The notes under the pieces: model-generated
Told to the model about the DNA's origin: nothing
Database searches by the model: none
The model's input: only the letters and a program-made list of their open reading frames with translations
Shown here: piece by piece, positions 49,134-61,180 of the stretch
Numbering within the stretch: the first letter of the stretch is position 1
How the letters are laid out: every line of letters starts with the position of its first letter
Translations under genes and position numbers: made by a program
Assembly (NCBI GenBank): GCA_051294905.1
Contig: CM119372.1
Coordinates: forward strand, 29,452,001 to 29,516,000
Reading direction: 5' to 3'
From: Botryllus schlosseri
Lineage: Eukaryota
Length of the DNA: 64,000 nt

Positions 49134-49465
49134 ATGGACTCAACTCATACCCGAATGATTATAGAAAATTACCTGCGTCACCATCACAATCTACATGTAT
49201 CCGCTTTGGGAGAAATAGAACAGTCGGTTCACGACATCGTTGATGTATACATATCGGATCAAATTGCTGTGAGCATCGAAAAATGTGATTTCACGTCACT
49301 AAACAACTCGATTCTGGGATACGGCGTGGACTGGAATGGTCTTATGTGCATTATAGCGGTCGCAGCTATGAAAAGTGATGTTCACACTATCTCGGCGTAC
49401 ACAGATTCGACATCGAAATTCTTGAATACACACTTTATCTCGCTGACAAATGATTGGGTATGGTG
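49134..49465 (+). CDS. Putative Bcl-2-like protein (110 aa before the hAT insertion at its stop codon)
   Basis: DFTSLNNSILGYGVDWNGLMCIIAVAA resembles BH1 (F..V.NELF.DGVNWGRIVA.F.F); KFLNTHFISLTNDW lies in a BH2-like position; RMIIENYLRH resembles BH4. Removing 49466-51494 restores ...TNDWVW-TGA. Confidence 0.5.
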
Positions 49466-51486
49466 CAGACATGGGGTAATCGCGATTAGTAATCGTAATC
49501 GATTACGACGATTACAGCATTTTCAAGTAATCGTAATCGCAATCGATTACATTCGAAAAAATCCCGAAGTAATCGTAATCGTAATCGACTACTTCCCATA
49601 TTTAATCGATTTCTTTGTGAAAGAACGATTACTTTTTTTTGTACAAGGACTGTGACATAAACTGAACATTCGTGAACAAGGAAGAGATATTATACCAGTT
49701 ATTGAGAGCACAAACGTCTGATTTTTAAATGCCACTGCTCATTATTACGTCAGAGATAGCCTATTAGCTTTGCTCGTCTTTGCGTAGGAAGTGTCCACGC
49801 ATAGTAAATAGATATTCGATGTACATTAGTGTGATTGTAAAAAACCCACCGTGCTGTATATCGGTTTATCAATAAATTTCAGACGCCACTACCTCGCATC
49901 AGGATAATTAATCATAATCACCTCTCTGCCTAAGATAAAATAGCAACTTTTGTATTGATGTTTGGTTATGCTTAGTTAAACTATAGAATGTAATAGTTCT
50001 AATTCTAGAGTTAAATGCAGTTTCACCGTTGCTGCTTGGCGAGCAGTAGACCTATATGGTATGAGCGTACAGCAGACAAAGGTTTAAAATTTTGTACTCG
50101 TCAAATAAAACATTACGGTTTCCAGAACGAAGCATTAAAATCAACAGCTGCTGATATGTATCATAACTGGGCCGTTGTTTTGCCGTTTCTCGTAATGGCA
50201 GCTTGCGTTACATTATCTGCATTAAGTTGAAGGCAGAATTTTATGTTCTCTTTCTGTTATTCTCATAATATTCTACTCAAAACGGGCGCCAATCGCTATT
50301 TCACAATTCTTTACTGAACATTTGGACTTGCCGCCGTAGCCATCGGCTTATATACCATGTTAGCGTGGGTTGTAGCTAGAATCAGGATCAAAACAGCAAA
50401 AGCGTCCCCTAACCAATCTTTGGTCTTGGGCCCCCATAGGGTAGTCAATTTTATGTTTACGATTTAATTTCGTCAATAATATTGATAATTGCATTATATT
50501 GCATTTTTAATCCAATCTCAGCGACCTAAGGTCAGATTTACCTGAAGAGCGGGGGGGGGGGGGTCGTAATTCATAATTATAACATCTGTTATCTTGCAAT
50601 AATTAATTTATTGTATGTTGTTAATTTGTGACCTCCGGTCTGTTATATAGCCAAAAGTAGTGGCCCAAACAACAGCAGACTAACAGAAAAACTTGCGTGA
50701 GACGCACCGGGTGGCATTTGCATCGTTGGCTCAGATTGGAAGGAATGGACTGTTAGTCATGCCCACCCAGCGCGGCTACTAACAATGGACACATACGCTA
50801 AGTTTTGGCCAATGTCTTTTTTAATAGCACACTTCGTGAAGTCTCATGTTTGCCGAAACTGCATAAGTCTTTTGATGTGTCGAGGAGCGGTATTGACTGG
50901 CACCTAAATGCCTATTACTTTGAATTATGCAATATGCATGCTTTATTTCTTGAGGGGGAGACGTATATGCATTTCGAAATCAAGCTATCTAGAGACATTT
51001 AAATCGCAAAGCTCAAAGAGAAATTCGAAGTTAATGAAATTTCTCGAAAATACTCTATAATTTATGTTGGTTTACAAAATACTTTTGAGTCCCCTCCAAC
51101 CACGCCCCCCACCCTATTGGGGAATTGGGGGTGCGGCAGTCATGGACATGGCAAGAATGCAAATCATTGGGTGCGATAAACCGTCCTCTATAAAATGGGC
51201 TATGGGTACATTATGACGTAACAAGGAAATGTCCCATCTTTTTTAAAGACAGTTGTTATATCATCGGACCTTTCCAGCGCAATCCATGTTTTGTCTTCCA
51301 ATATAACTACTACGATGCAAAATAAATGTAATCGTGAGTAATCGTGATTACTTTTCAAATGTAATCGTAATCGTAATCGACTACTTCCCGATTTTGCTGT
51401 AATCGTAATCGTAATCGTAATCGCGTGATTCAGAAGTAATCGTAATCGCAATCGATTACATTCATGAAGTAATCACCCCATGTCTG
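49466..51486. mobile_element. Non-autonomous hAT element (2.0 kb) inside E4
   Basis: TIR CAGACATGGGGT...ACCCCATGTCTG; 8-bp TSD GTATGGTG; subterminal GTAATC repeats. Confidence 0.93.
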
Positions 51487-52597
51487 GTATGGTGAATTTC
51501 AAACTACACAATCATAAACTATCACTGTGATTCCATTTTACAGAATTCCGCCGAGGATTATTTCAGACCGAGCTTGTTCAGACGATTTATCCGACTTCTA
51601 AACCGAGCAACTACCCGTTTGTGGTCGCAGATTGACCAGTTAACCCGAATTCTAGAGCTACAAGAATGATATGTATATGTGTCTACTGTTTCTCAATACA
51701 CAATGTTTGATGCATATTTTGGTGTCGCCCCTGAATACTGAATATAGATCGCGCTTTTCGCGTTACTGCTGAATACTGAATACCCCTGAATGTAATAGCA
51801 CTGACTGGATTAGTGTAATAATCGATACGATAGTTCAGTATACTGTAGCACGAAACAGCTGCACAGGAAAAAAATTCAGCGCGCAGGTCATTCGAAATAT
51901 AGGGCGCGCGCGTAATCCTCACAACAAGCCGTGTTCGCAAAACGGATGTAGTTAGTGGGTCGCACATATCAAAACGCAAGCGCAAACATCTGTTTTTCAA
52001 AATCGCACAATGTACTGTGGTTTAGTAAATTTCCCCGTCGGCAATAAGTGACAATTTGTTGCTATTCAAGTTACCCACACTGATGGTTCTGTTAGTCGGT
52101 ATTTATTAAATCTTACCAGTGAAATCCAGTTCTGTGTCAAACTGATTACTAAAATTTCACCGCGTGTGCGATCGGTATGGCTATGACACCAAGTCGTGAA
52201 AGATGACTATGTCCGAGACATTATCTTGTCAGTGATCGCGGGGTTTTGCAAATATTTCACACCTTTTTTGAATAAGCGTTAACTTCACAAAGGATTACGG
52301 CTAGAATAGAAATAAGTAACAATTTGTTGGTATTCAAGTCTCGCCGGTGGTGTATCTGTTATTCGGCGCTTATTACACTTATCATGAAATTAGAGTGAGA
52401 ACATAAAGCATCAAGTTGTTGTTTTCGAATTTTGATGTCGAGGTGATAAATTTACGCCTTCAATTACAATTCAACTTCGGTTGTGTATTGAGTGATAGAT
52501 CGATATGCCGGAAGTGGTATCTTGTGAGCGATCGTAGGATTTTACAAATATTTCACATCTTTTTGAAGTGTTAGTTTGCGAACGCGACTATTGTTGA

Positions 52598-53437
52598 TAT
52601 TCGAATCGCCGTCTACGCCGGCTCTGTGGTAAACTAATTACTAAAGTAACACCATGCGACTGATTCCTAGATTTAGCACACTATTTCGCACTGAATGGTA
52701 TAGTGTAATAATCGATAGTAGCGGCTGGACGAGAAATAATTCAGCGCACAGGTCATTCGAAATATAGGTCGCACGCACTGCTTAATCCTCACAACAAACC
52801 ACGTTTCCGTCCGCGCGGTTATTGTTGGTGACTCGTACATATTCAACACCGCGCGAGAGATGCCTGAAAGTACGAATCATCGCCGCGTCCATAAGAATAA
52901 CGATATATCATTGTCGTACTCGCCGTAATTTGGAATATACACATTACCTAAGGACCAATCACATGACTATTTACTTGATACATATTCAACACGAAGTACG
53001 ACATGCCAACAACGAAGCCGCGTGCGAGCTATCCCTATGCTGAAAAGGGTTACCGTGCGACCACAAGACACAATAGCCGCATGCCGCCGCCGCCATAAGA
53101 CAAAAGAGCCGCTTGCCACCCCCAGTTTCCCAGCCGCTTGCGACCGCCGCCATAAGACATAAGAGCCGCTTGCCACCCCCGCCATAATACGCAATAGCCG
53201 CATGCCAACGCACCCATAAAACATAAGAGCCGCATGCCAACACGAGTTTCCCAGCCGCGTGCGAGCGATTGCTATACTGAAAAGAGTTACCGTGTGAGAG
53301 GGGTCATAAGACGCAATAGCCGCGTGCGAGCGGGCCCATAAGACATAAGGAGCCGCGTGCCAATACGAGTTTCCCAGCCGCGTGCGAGCGGGCCCATAAG
53401 AGCCCCAGGCAAATCACGAGCGATCTACATAACTACT
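52598..53437 (-). repeat. E4 right terminal inverted repeat
   Basis: Reverse complement of 36846-37685. Confidence 0.95.
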
Positions 53438-54865
53438 TGTGACGAATGATTTTCGTTTTAGGGGGTGTAAAGTAAATTTGGATCGACATTTGCATTTTTC
53501 TATATCAACTTTCAGACTAACAAACCCGCCATAATTTTTGATGTGAAGTATAGGGCTTGAATCAGGGTATATAATGGCACATATTTTTTGAATCAATATC
53601 ATTCTCGAGTGGACTATTTTCAAGTCAATTACAATATCTATGGAGTGGGGGACCTATGGTAACATAGCCAAATCAAGCAAAGTAGATGGACACACTAATC
53701 ACTCAACAACAGAAACTCGCCTACGTATAAATAGCTGTAAATCATAGTTACCTGTGGTGTTTTATCGCTATTACGAGGTATTTGAAAGTCAAAATGTCGA
53801 TTTGCGGGTAATATGTATGTGGCATTAATTTTGTAAGTTTAGGCGTAAATCAAAACATGATTTTATGCCAACATTTTGAGTTGATATAATCTATTTTATT
53901 CTTGAAGGTCGTGACGAAACATTCTTCATTGGCTTACTGTAGCTTAGCTTAAAGTGCACAACAAAACAAGTTAACAAATTTGAGTTTTTGAGCGTATGTC
54001 TCATAGGTCCCATGGTCGTGTGCCTCTGGACCCACCGGGTGGGGACCGATGACACGTTCGAGCAACAAATTTTAAACGCTTATAAATATTTTCTGAAAAG
54101 GCGGATATTCATGTAAATGTCCTCGATAGGTAAAGCTTGTATCGAAGTGTTGAGACAACAAAAGATCTGCTATTCTCAGCTGAAGATTTGAGGGCCAGAG
54201 ATCATTTTGCAATTTTTGATCCATCGGCACCACATCTTCCCTACTCTCGAATCAAGTGTTTATAATATTGTACTGCTTCAAATCCATTATAGTTTCAGAA
54301 TGAAGCAGAAATAGACTTGGAATACTGACGTTTTACTCAGTCGGAAATAGGTACTTCCACCTTTATTCAAAGGATTTGTCGCTCGGAGCGAAATTCTACG
54401 AGGTTTTGGATAATACCCAAAATGTAGGTTCACTTTGAAGAGTAGTTTGTAAAACTCAATTATCGTATAGTGGGAGTTCGCAAATTCTCGATGCATTTGT
54501 GCTATTTTTCCTTGCGATAAGTCATTCTGAAGTGCGAAAATGCATTGTAGAATATAGATGAAACTGGACCCGCTCATCAAGGCCAATGGAAAAGTACATT
54601 TCAACATTCTATTACCAGTGAATTTCTTCTGAAGTACATGAAGTGCTGATTTCCAAGCGAGTAAAAAAGTAAGTATTGAAGGTATTATTTGTCTGATAAC
54701 TGAAAACTCTGAAATAGAAATAGAAGTAGATGAAGTCTAAATAGATAATCACTTGATTAAGTGTAGCGCAAGCAGGCGAAACCTATACTTGAGTACTCCA
54801 AATGTACAATTATTTCGATATCGAAAGGGTTTTGATAATATCCAATATGTAAGCTCACTTTAAAG

Positions 54866-56024
54866 CAGTGGTTCTTAACCTTGCCCCCAGCGCCCCCCAG
54901 AGGCGCTGGCGATTTTGAAGGGGGGCGGAAACGCTCAGGGGGCGATATGGGGGGCGCTGGGCTCAGGGGGCGGTAACGCTCAGGGGGCGATATGGGGGGC
55001 GCTGGGCTCAGGGGGGCGGTATGGGGGGCGCTGGAGAAAAATGGCTTCGCAGTAGATGATGTGGTGATAGGACATATCCTTAATGAGTATTCAGAGCAAA
55101 TTAACACCGAAAACTTCGTTACATATAGCCTTCAAAATACATATAGGTTTAATTGTCCATGGGCGCCTAAATGACTGACACCGAATGTTTCTGTCTTGGC
55201 AATATGAACCCCAGAAGACGTATGTCAGTGAAGAAATACCAATCTGAAATCGTGTGTGTCTTTTAGTTGGGCGATTGGGCGACAGGGATATTCCTGTTGA
55301 GCGATTCTATATTTTTTGATATTGCAGACAGGGGGTCACGAAATAACATCATGCAACGAAGTCATACCTACGGGTTCGCCCGCCCAAATATGTTTAATTA
55401 TTAGTAACGGGCCCTACAGTTTCCAAGAAACCTCACAATGTTCGCTTTAAGTTTTGATGAGTCTGCGCACACTCAACAACTCACAGCCTAATGGGGGTCT
55501 GGGAGTGAAGTCCCCCGGAAGCTTGATTTATCACCCGACGGAGGCCCAGGACCAACGTTTTTTGTTTGGGGGGGAGCTGACGAAGTGCTGTTACGGCCCT
55601 GGTAACGAATAATTGTACCTGCGGGCACGCCCGAATATGTGTAATTATTAATTACGTGCCCTTTATCTTCCTATACAACAGATCACTCAGTTTATCGCGA
55701 CTTATATATGTAATTACCACCTATTCATTCATGCATTATAGAAAATTTTGATACCTAGGGCGACCAGGCCACACAAACTTTGCTGACCATCGAAATCACG
55801 ATAGGGGGTTCGTGGGGGCGAAGCCCTCAGAAGTTCGGTTTATCACGCTATGGGTGGGCAAGGCAATCGTTTTTAGGGGGTTGACGAAGTGCTGTTACGG
55901 CCCTCACTCTTACTCAGTGTCTTTATTACATTCCTTACAATATGAAGTTGGGGGGGGGGGGGGGGGCTGGAGCACGATAATTTTTGAAAGGGGGCGCTGG
56001 AGGAAAAAAGGTTAAGAACCACTG
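54866..56024. mobile_element. hAT (Charlie/Buster-like) non-autonomous element
   Basis: TIR CAGTGGTTCTTAACC...GGTTAAGAACCACTG; 8-bp TSD CTTTAAAG; G-rich GGGGGCG subterminal repeats. Confidence 0.93.
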
Positions 56025-59000
56025 CTTTAAAGGATAATTCGTAAAACTCAAATATTTCGCAGTGAGAGTTTGCAGATTCTCGATGTATTTTTGCTATTTT
56101 TCGTTGCGATAAGTCATTCTGCAGCGCGAAAATGCATGATAGCATATAGTTGAAACTGGCTTTGCTCATCGAGGGCATTGAAAAATGTACATTTTAACAT
56201 TTTAGTATCAGTAAATTTTTAGTAAAGTGCAAGAAGTGATGATTTCCCAACGAGTAAATCAGTAAGTATTGAAGGTATAGTTTGTCTGAAAACCGAAAAC
56301 TGTGAAATAGAAGTAGATGCGCTGTAAATAAATAATCACTTGATTGAGTCTATTCCCAGTAAACACATTACAGACCCCAAAGATGTAGAAAGCGGAGTCC
56401 GATATAGTAGATATTAGAGCTCGGCAGGTAGTAGAAAGGGGGATTTTGTCGACTCAATTCAATGTCTTTTCCATGTCCTTCAATAATGTAAATATTATGT
56501 AGATGCTACAGCCTTTAAACATGGTGAGTAGAATGTAGATCCTACATTAGAAGAATATCCTGATATAATAACCTGTTTTCTACCACTGGGCATAACCTGA
56601 TCACGACTGCGTACACACACACACACCACATTATCTACTACATATTAATCACATTTGCGGTAATTTATTCCAAAACGGAATTGGCAAGTAAATAATGCCG
56701 GTGTAAAAAATGAAACGAACGAAATTACTTGTAGTGCCAAGTAGCAATGAATGAAACTATGAGAACAGTCAGTAATCAGAAGGTTTCATCGTCTGATGAT
56801 GATAATCCCTCTGGCGTTTTCTTTTCAACACCCTGCAGAAATAAAATGAAAATGACGATTATTAGCTAAGACATTCGTACTGCGAAAATGGCAGAGGTAG
56901 CGAGTAACGAATGACTCCTGCATTTTTTTCGCCCATACTTACTAAAATGGATTTGATTCTGGACTATTTCCACTCAAGTTTTTTTTATTATATTTTTTAT
57001 TATTATATGACTAGAGAACTGACTTCAATCGCCACTTCTACTTGATTATCAAGATCAACGATGACTACTTCAGCAATCTTCACATTCTGTCAAAAATGAT
57101 CAATTCAACAATCCAAATGAATCAGTTATTTGGCAGCTAGTTGGAGAGATATATACTCAAGTCTAGAAAGTGGAATGATACTCTGCCTGGAAAGCTGAAG
57201 ACCTAACAATATTGTGTACAGAGAACAAAACATTTGAGTGGCTGCACTGGTATAGACATTAACAAATTATTAGAATTGACAGCAAGATAACCAGCAAGAC
57301 ATTAAAATGAGAATTAGTGCAGTTTCTTAGGCTGTAGCGATACTCAGCCAGGAAAGTAATTGACCTAGCAGAGAGCAAAACGTTGTAAATAAAGCGAGCG
57401 AAACCTCCGACAAATGATAAAACATTAGAAGCGACAGTCTTACTAGAAGCAGAATAACAATCATGAGGGGTTCGAGAACAGAAGCCGGGAAGTGACCATC
57501 AGAAATTACTGAATACTGGACGAACAGATCCATGACCACTAACAAATGGTCTTTTAATAGTCAATATTGATACCAAATGACACCACCCCTATTTCACCGC
57601 AACATTTAGCAAATACAGCGCTGGAGTCAACCTTATATAACCGCTAACCAAACGCCCATTAGTTTTCCCACCTACTACTACGCGCTTCGCGGATGGAAAT
57701 ACGCATTAAAGCGAACGGACGCGACTTGTCACACTCTTGCTATTTCTGCTCCTTTTTTTTCTTCGTTCCTCTTCTCTGTCGCTTCCGCTTAAGGAGAGAA
57801 ACAGTCGGCCGCGTTTACGGATCGTGAATTCCCGGCTTAATGGTGATTCTTCCTCCAATGGTCAGCACCTTGAAAATTGAGAACAATGTTGTTGCAAAAT
57901 GCATGACAATTTGAAAGTTACATCATTCTAATTATTCCAGTTATGGCCGTGAATCGTTACAAGTGTGGTAACCATAAGAATTATTACTATACTTCAACTA
58001 CAAATACAATATATTGTATAAAATAATTACCCATTCTTTTACGTTGATCGAGTCCCAAATAGATGAAATATGTCAAAAAATTTGCTAAAATTTTTAAGAC
58101 TCCCAACATTTTACAATTCGAAGTTGGATGGCTTTACCAATACAAGTACAGTTTGTATCGCAACTGACAATTATGTAGAGAACGCTGCGAGACATGAGAG
58201 TAGGCCTACCCTAAAACGTTTCTCTGACATGGACATTAGGGCTCTTAAAAAAATGACTTTTTTTCTCAAATCGTTCTGGCTACTTGATAAAATTGTTAGT
58301 TTTTTTCTGAAATCGTTCCGGCTACTTGATAAAATTGTTAGGTTACCTAATTCAAGCCTACACACCAAATTTGGTTCAATTCCAACCAGTAGCCGCATTG
58401 CTACAGGAAAAGAAAGTTTATATTTATTATATAAAAATAAATAGAAAAAATTTGAAAATTTTCTGTTCACCCCATGAAAGTGTTAGGTTATGTATAGAAA
58501 CGATGTTCATCAAATTTGGTTCGATTCAAACAAGTGGAAGCGGAGTTATTGCCATCGAAAAATTTGGACTTGAATAAAATAGTATTTACGGTGCGCACCA
58601 CTATAATAAATAAATAAAGAATTGTGTCACGCTGTCATACTGTTTTACGCGACCGTTGTTATACACTGCATTGTTGCTGTGCTCCGGCTCCATTGATGTT
58701 ATTTCTACATTCGACATTAATGCGTCATAATTCTCCATCTGATTTTGAATTCAACTCTGTTTTGCTTCCTTTATCGTGCCGGTAGCTCTTTAATTGGCGC
58801 GCGAAAAGTTCTTCGGGTTTCAATAACGTTTATCATGAAGGTACTTTTGAAAGCAGTATTAAAATTGTGTACCACCAACCAGTTATTTAATTACTATTTA
58901 TCTTCAAAGTAAATGCTCATTGCATGAAGCAGGGTTGTAAGACCCGAGTCACGATTTTCTGTTGACTCGACTTGACTCAGTAGGGTGGAGTGAAAAATGA

Positions 59001-60134
59001 AAATTTTTGAATTTCCAAAAAGGGTCTTGATATGTGGTGCCAAATAGTAAACAAATAAATTCTATCATAATTTTGGGTTCGTACACCCTCTAGTGGTCGT
59101 GCAATTTCACCGAACGAGCCAAAAACAGCTAATTTCGCCATATCTTGATCATCACTTACACTAGAAAGTCAGTTTTGGGCTTAAAAGATGCAGAAGCAAC
59201 ATGTTTCTATCTCACTTCCATAGAACTTACTCTTAAAAATGAACAGAAAAAAAGTTACAAGCAAATTTCTGATTTTATAGGTAAAATTAAGCACTGAAGC
59301 AGTGGGTAGGATGTCAAAAGCGTGTAGTGATTGATCTTATGACTAAGCAACATACCCTATCAATTAGAACCACTTTTCAAAACTTGCTCAAAGAAATGAA
59401 ACCCCCTCCAAGCATAAATAGGGCTCGGGCATGGAATAGAGACTACTAAAACTGTATTTAAAACAGCGTCCATTGGTAGTGCAGCGTCATGATCGATATC
59501 GGTAAGTTTATAACAACGGCCCTCATGAGATTTCTTACCAAAATGCTGTCGTAGGGTTTGTATCATATTTGTTACAAAGCTCCTGAATGAAAGTGCAAAA
59601 ATTGAAAATACACATTCAAAACACAAACATCAATTCTATACTGGAAACAGAAAATTTTTGTAGCAGTATCATCATATGAGTATCAGTGTGCACAAACATT
59701 AAAATCATGTTTAGTATTGAAAGATTTCATCTGCTTTCAAGACTTCAGTTTTTGTCTGATGAGGCTATCTCTACGTTTAAATCCTAAACATTGAGCAGAT
59801 GCTTATGTCACCACTGACACATGTCTTTCCACTGCCTGGTTGTGGCAAGGATAACTGAGCCTTAATGGTGATGATCATAGGTTACCCAGCTCGTGATCAG
59901 ACAAGGTCTTGATTGCGATGCAGGCGGCTGTTCAATATTTTTGATGTTTAAGTTGACAATTTGGTGGAAAGATTAAGCCTTGATGTTGATAACTGGAATT
60001 TGGAAGAATCTGATGCTGGTGTCAATGTTGCTGCTTTAGGGTTTGGTTTCATTTATAGGCTATATCCTCCTTCAAAGTCGTAAATTGGAACCAGATGTGC
60101 AATATTTAGAGGCTGGGCCCGTCGTTCATTTAAT

Positions 60135-61180
60135 ATGGTTGACTCTCGCATCTCAAATTTCAAAGTACTATGTGGGAAGAGTCGTCCATCGAGAAATCTG
60201 AACTGTCTTGCTCAATTCTGCATGGAGGTCTATTTTCCGTTATGGTTTGAAATAAAAATGTACAATTCCATCGTAGATGGTGCTAAAAATTTCCACAATA
60301 TAGTTTCCCGTGTCTCAAAGCTGACTGATACCCGAATTAACTCCCTTGCACTATCTTTGCTACAAAGAAATGCTCATTTTGAACATCCAGAAAATATTTT
60401 GCTGGGAATGCTTTGGTGACGAGGAGGGAAACGTCCGAAGATTTACAGTTAACAAGATTACAGCTATGCGCAGAACAACCACACCATACCAAATTCCAAT
60501 TATGAATTTGAAGGAAAGGAAAAGGAAAGGACGTAGTTTATTTTTGTCCTTGATGTTTTTGCGGCATATACACCGACTCATGATATACATACACACGATC
60601 TGCGCATATGCATACCATGAGTGCATGATGTGCATATGCCGCTGGACAAGGAAGTGCAGATATAGCCTTTACGACTTTCTAAGTCATGCACCACCCCTCC
60701 ATGCTATCCCAGTAATGCATGAGCGCCAAGCAGGGAAGCCATGGATACCAGTGTTACTAATCAGGTCTTTGGTCTGACCCGGCCGGGAATCGAACCCACG
60801 ACCTACCGATCAAGAAGCCGGACAAGATATATAAATGACACCAAACCTAAAAACAGCGACATTGAGCATCAGTTTCTTCCAAATTCCAGTTATCAACATC
60901 AAGGCTTAATCTTTCCACCAAATTGTCGACTCTAACCACAAAGATATTGAACAGTCGCCTGCAATCAAGACCTTGTCAGATGTTGAGGTGGAAAACCTAA
61001 GATCATCACCATTAAGGCTCAGTCATCCTTGCCACAACCAGGCAGTGGAAAGACATTAAAACGTGCATGGTTACTGAAGCATCTACCCATGTTTCAGGAT
61101 TTAAACGTAGAGATAGCCTCATCAGACAAAAACTGAAGTCTTGAAAGCAGATGAAATCTTTCAATACTAAACATGATTTT
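60135..61180 (+). pseudogene. C-terminal fragment of a hATm-like transposase, disrupted by frameshifts and a SINE
   Basis: LAQFCMEVYFPLWFEIK...DGAKNF...RNAHFEHPENILLGML, then from about 61024 HPCHNQAVERH / VTEASTHVSGFKRRDSLIRQKL...FNTKHDF. Confidence 0.8.
60511..60825 (-). mobile_element. tRNA-derived SINE (5' end slightly truncated)
   Basis: Minus strand GGTCGTGGGTTCGATTCCCGGCCGGGTCAGACCAAAGAC (B box GGTTCGATTCC), then a GGTATCCATGGCTTCCCTGCTTGGCGCTCA core and a CCTTT-repeat tail at 60511-60530. Confidence 0.75.

Larger units (their letters stand above)
36846..53437 (-). mobile_element. E4: Polinton/Maverick (adintovirus-like) element, 16.6 kb, retaining pPolB
   Basis: AGTAGTTATATAGATCG...CGATCTACATAACTACT termini; perfect 6-bp TSD TGTGAC (36840-36845, 53438-53443); ~840-bp near-identical TIRs; carries pPolB and a packaging ATPase relic. 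Confidence 0.96.
36682..54241. mobile_element. Second copy of the TA-target MITE, split by E4 (36682-36845 plus 53438-54241)
   Basis: The halves rejoin to match 34429-35389, which has a single TGTGAC (GGGGTCTGTGACGAATG) at the insertion point. Confidence 0.92.

Noticed and set aside
57650..58620. Possible Helitron-like non-autonomous element (CGCGCTTCGCG, repeated CAAATTTGGTTC)
   Set aside because: Could not define termini or a 3' hairpin-CTAG; insufficient support.
60770..60825. tRNA gene
   Set aside because: Only a B box/T-arm-like part is present, followed by SINE body and simple-repeat tail; no full cloverleaf.
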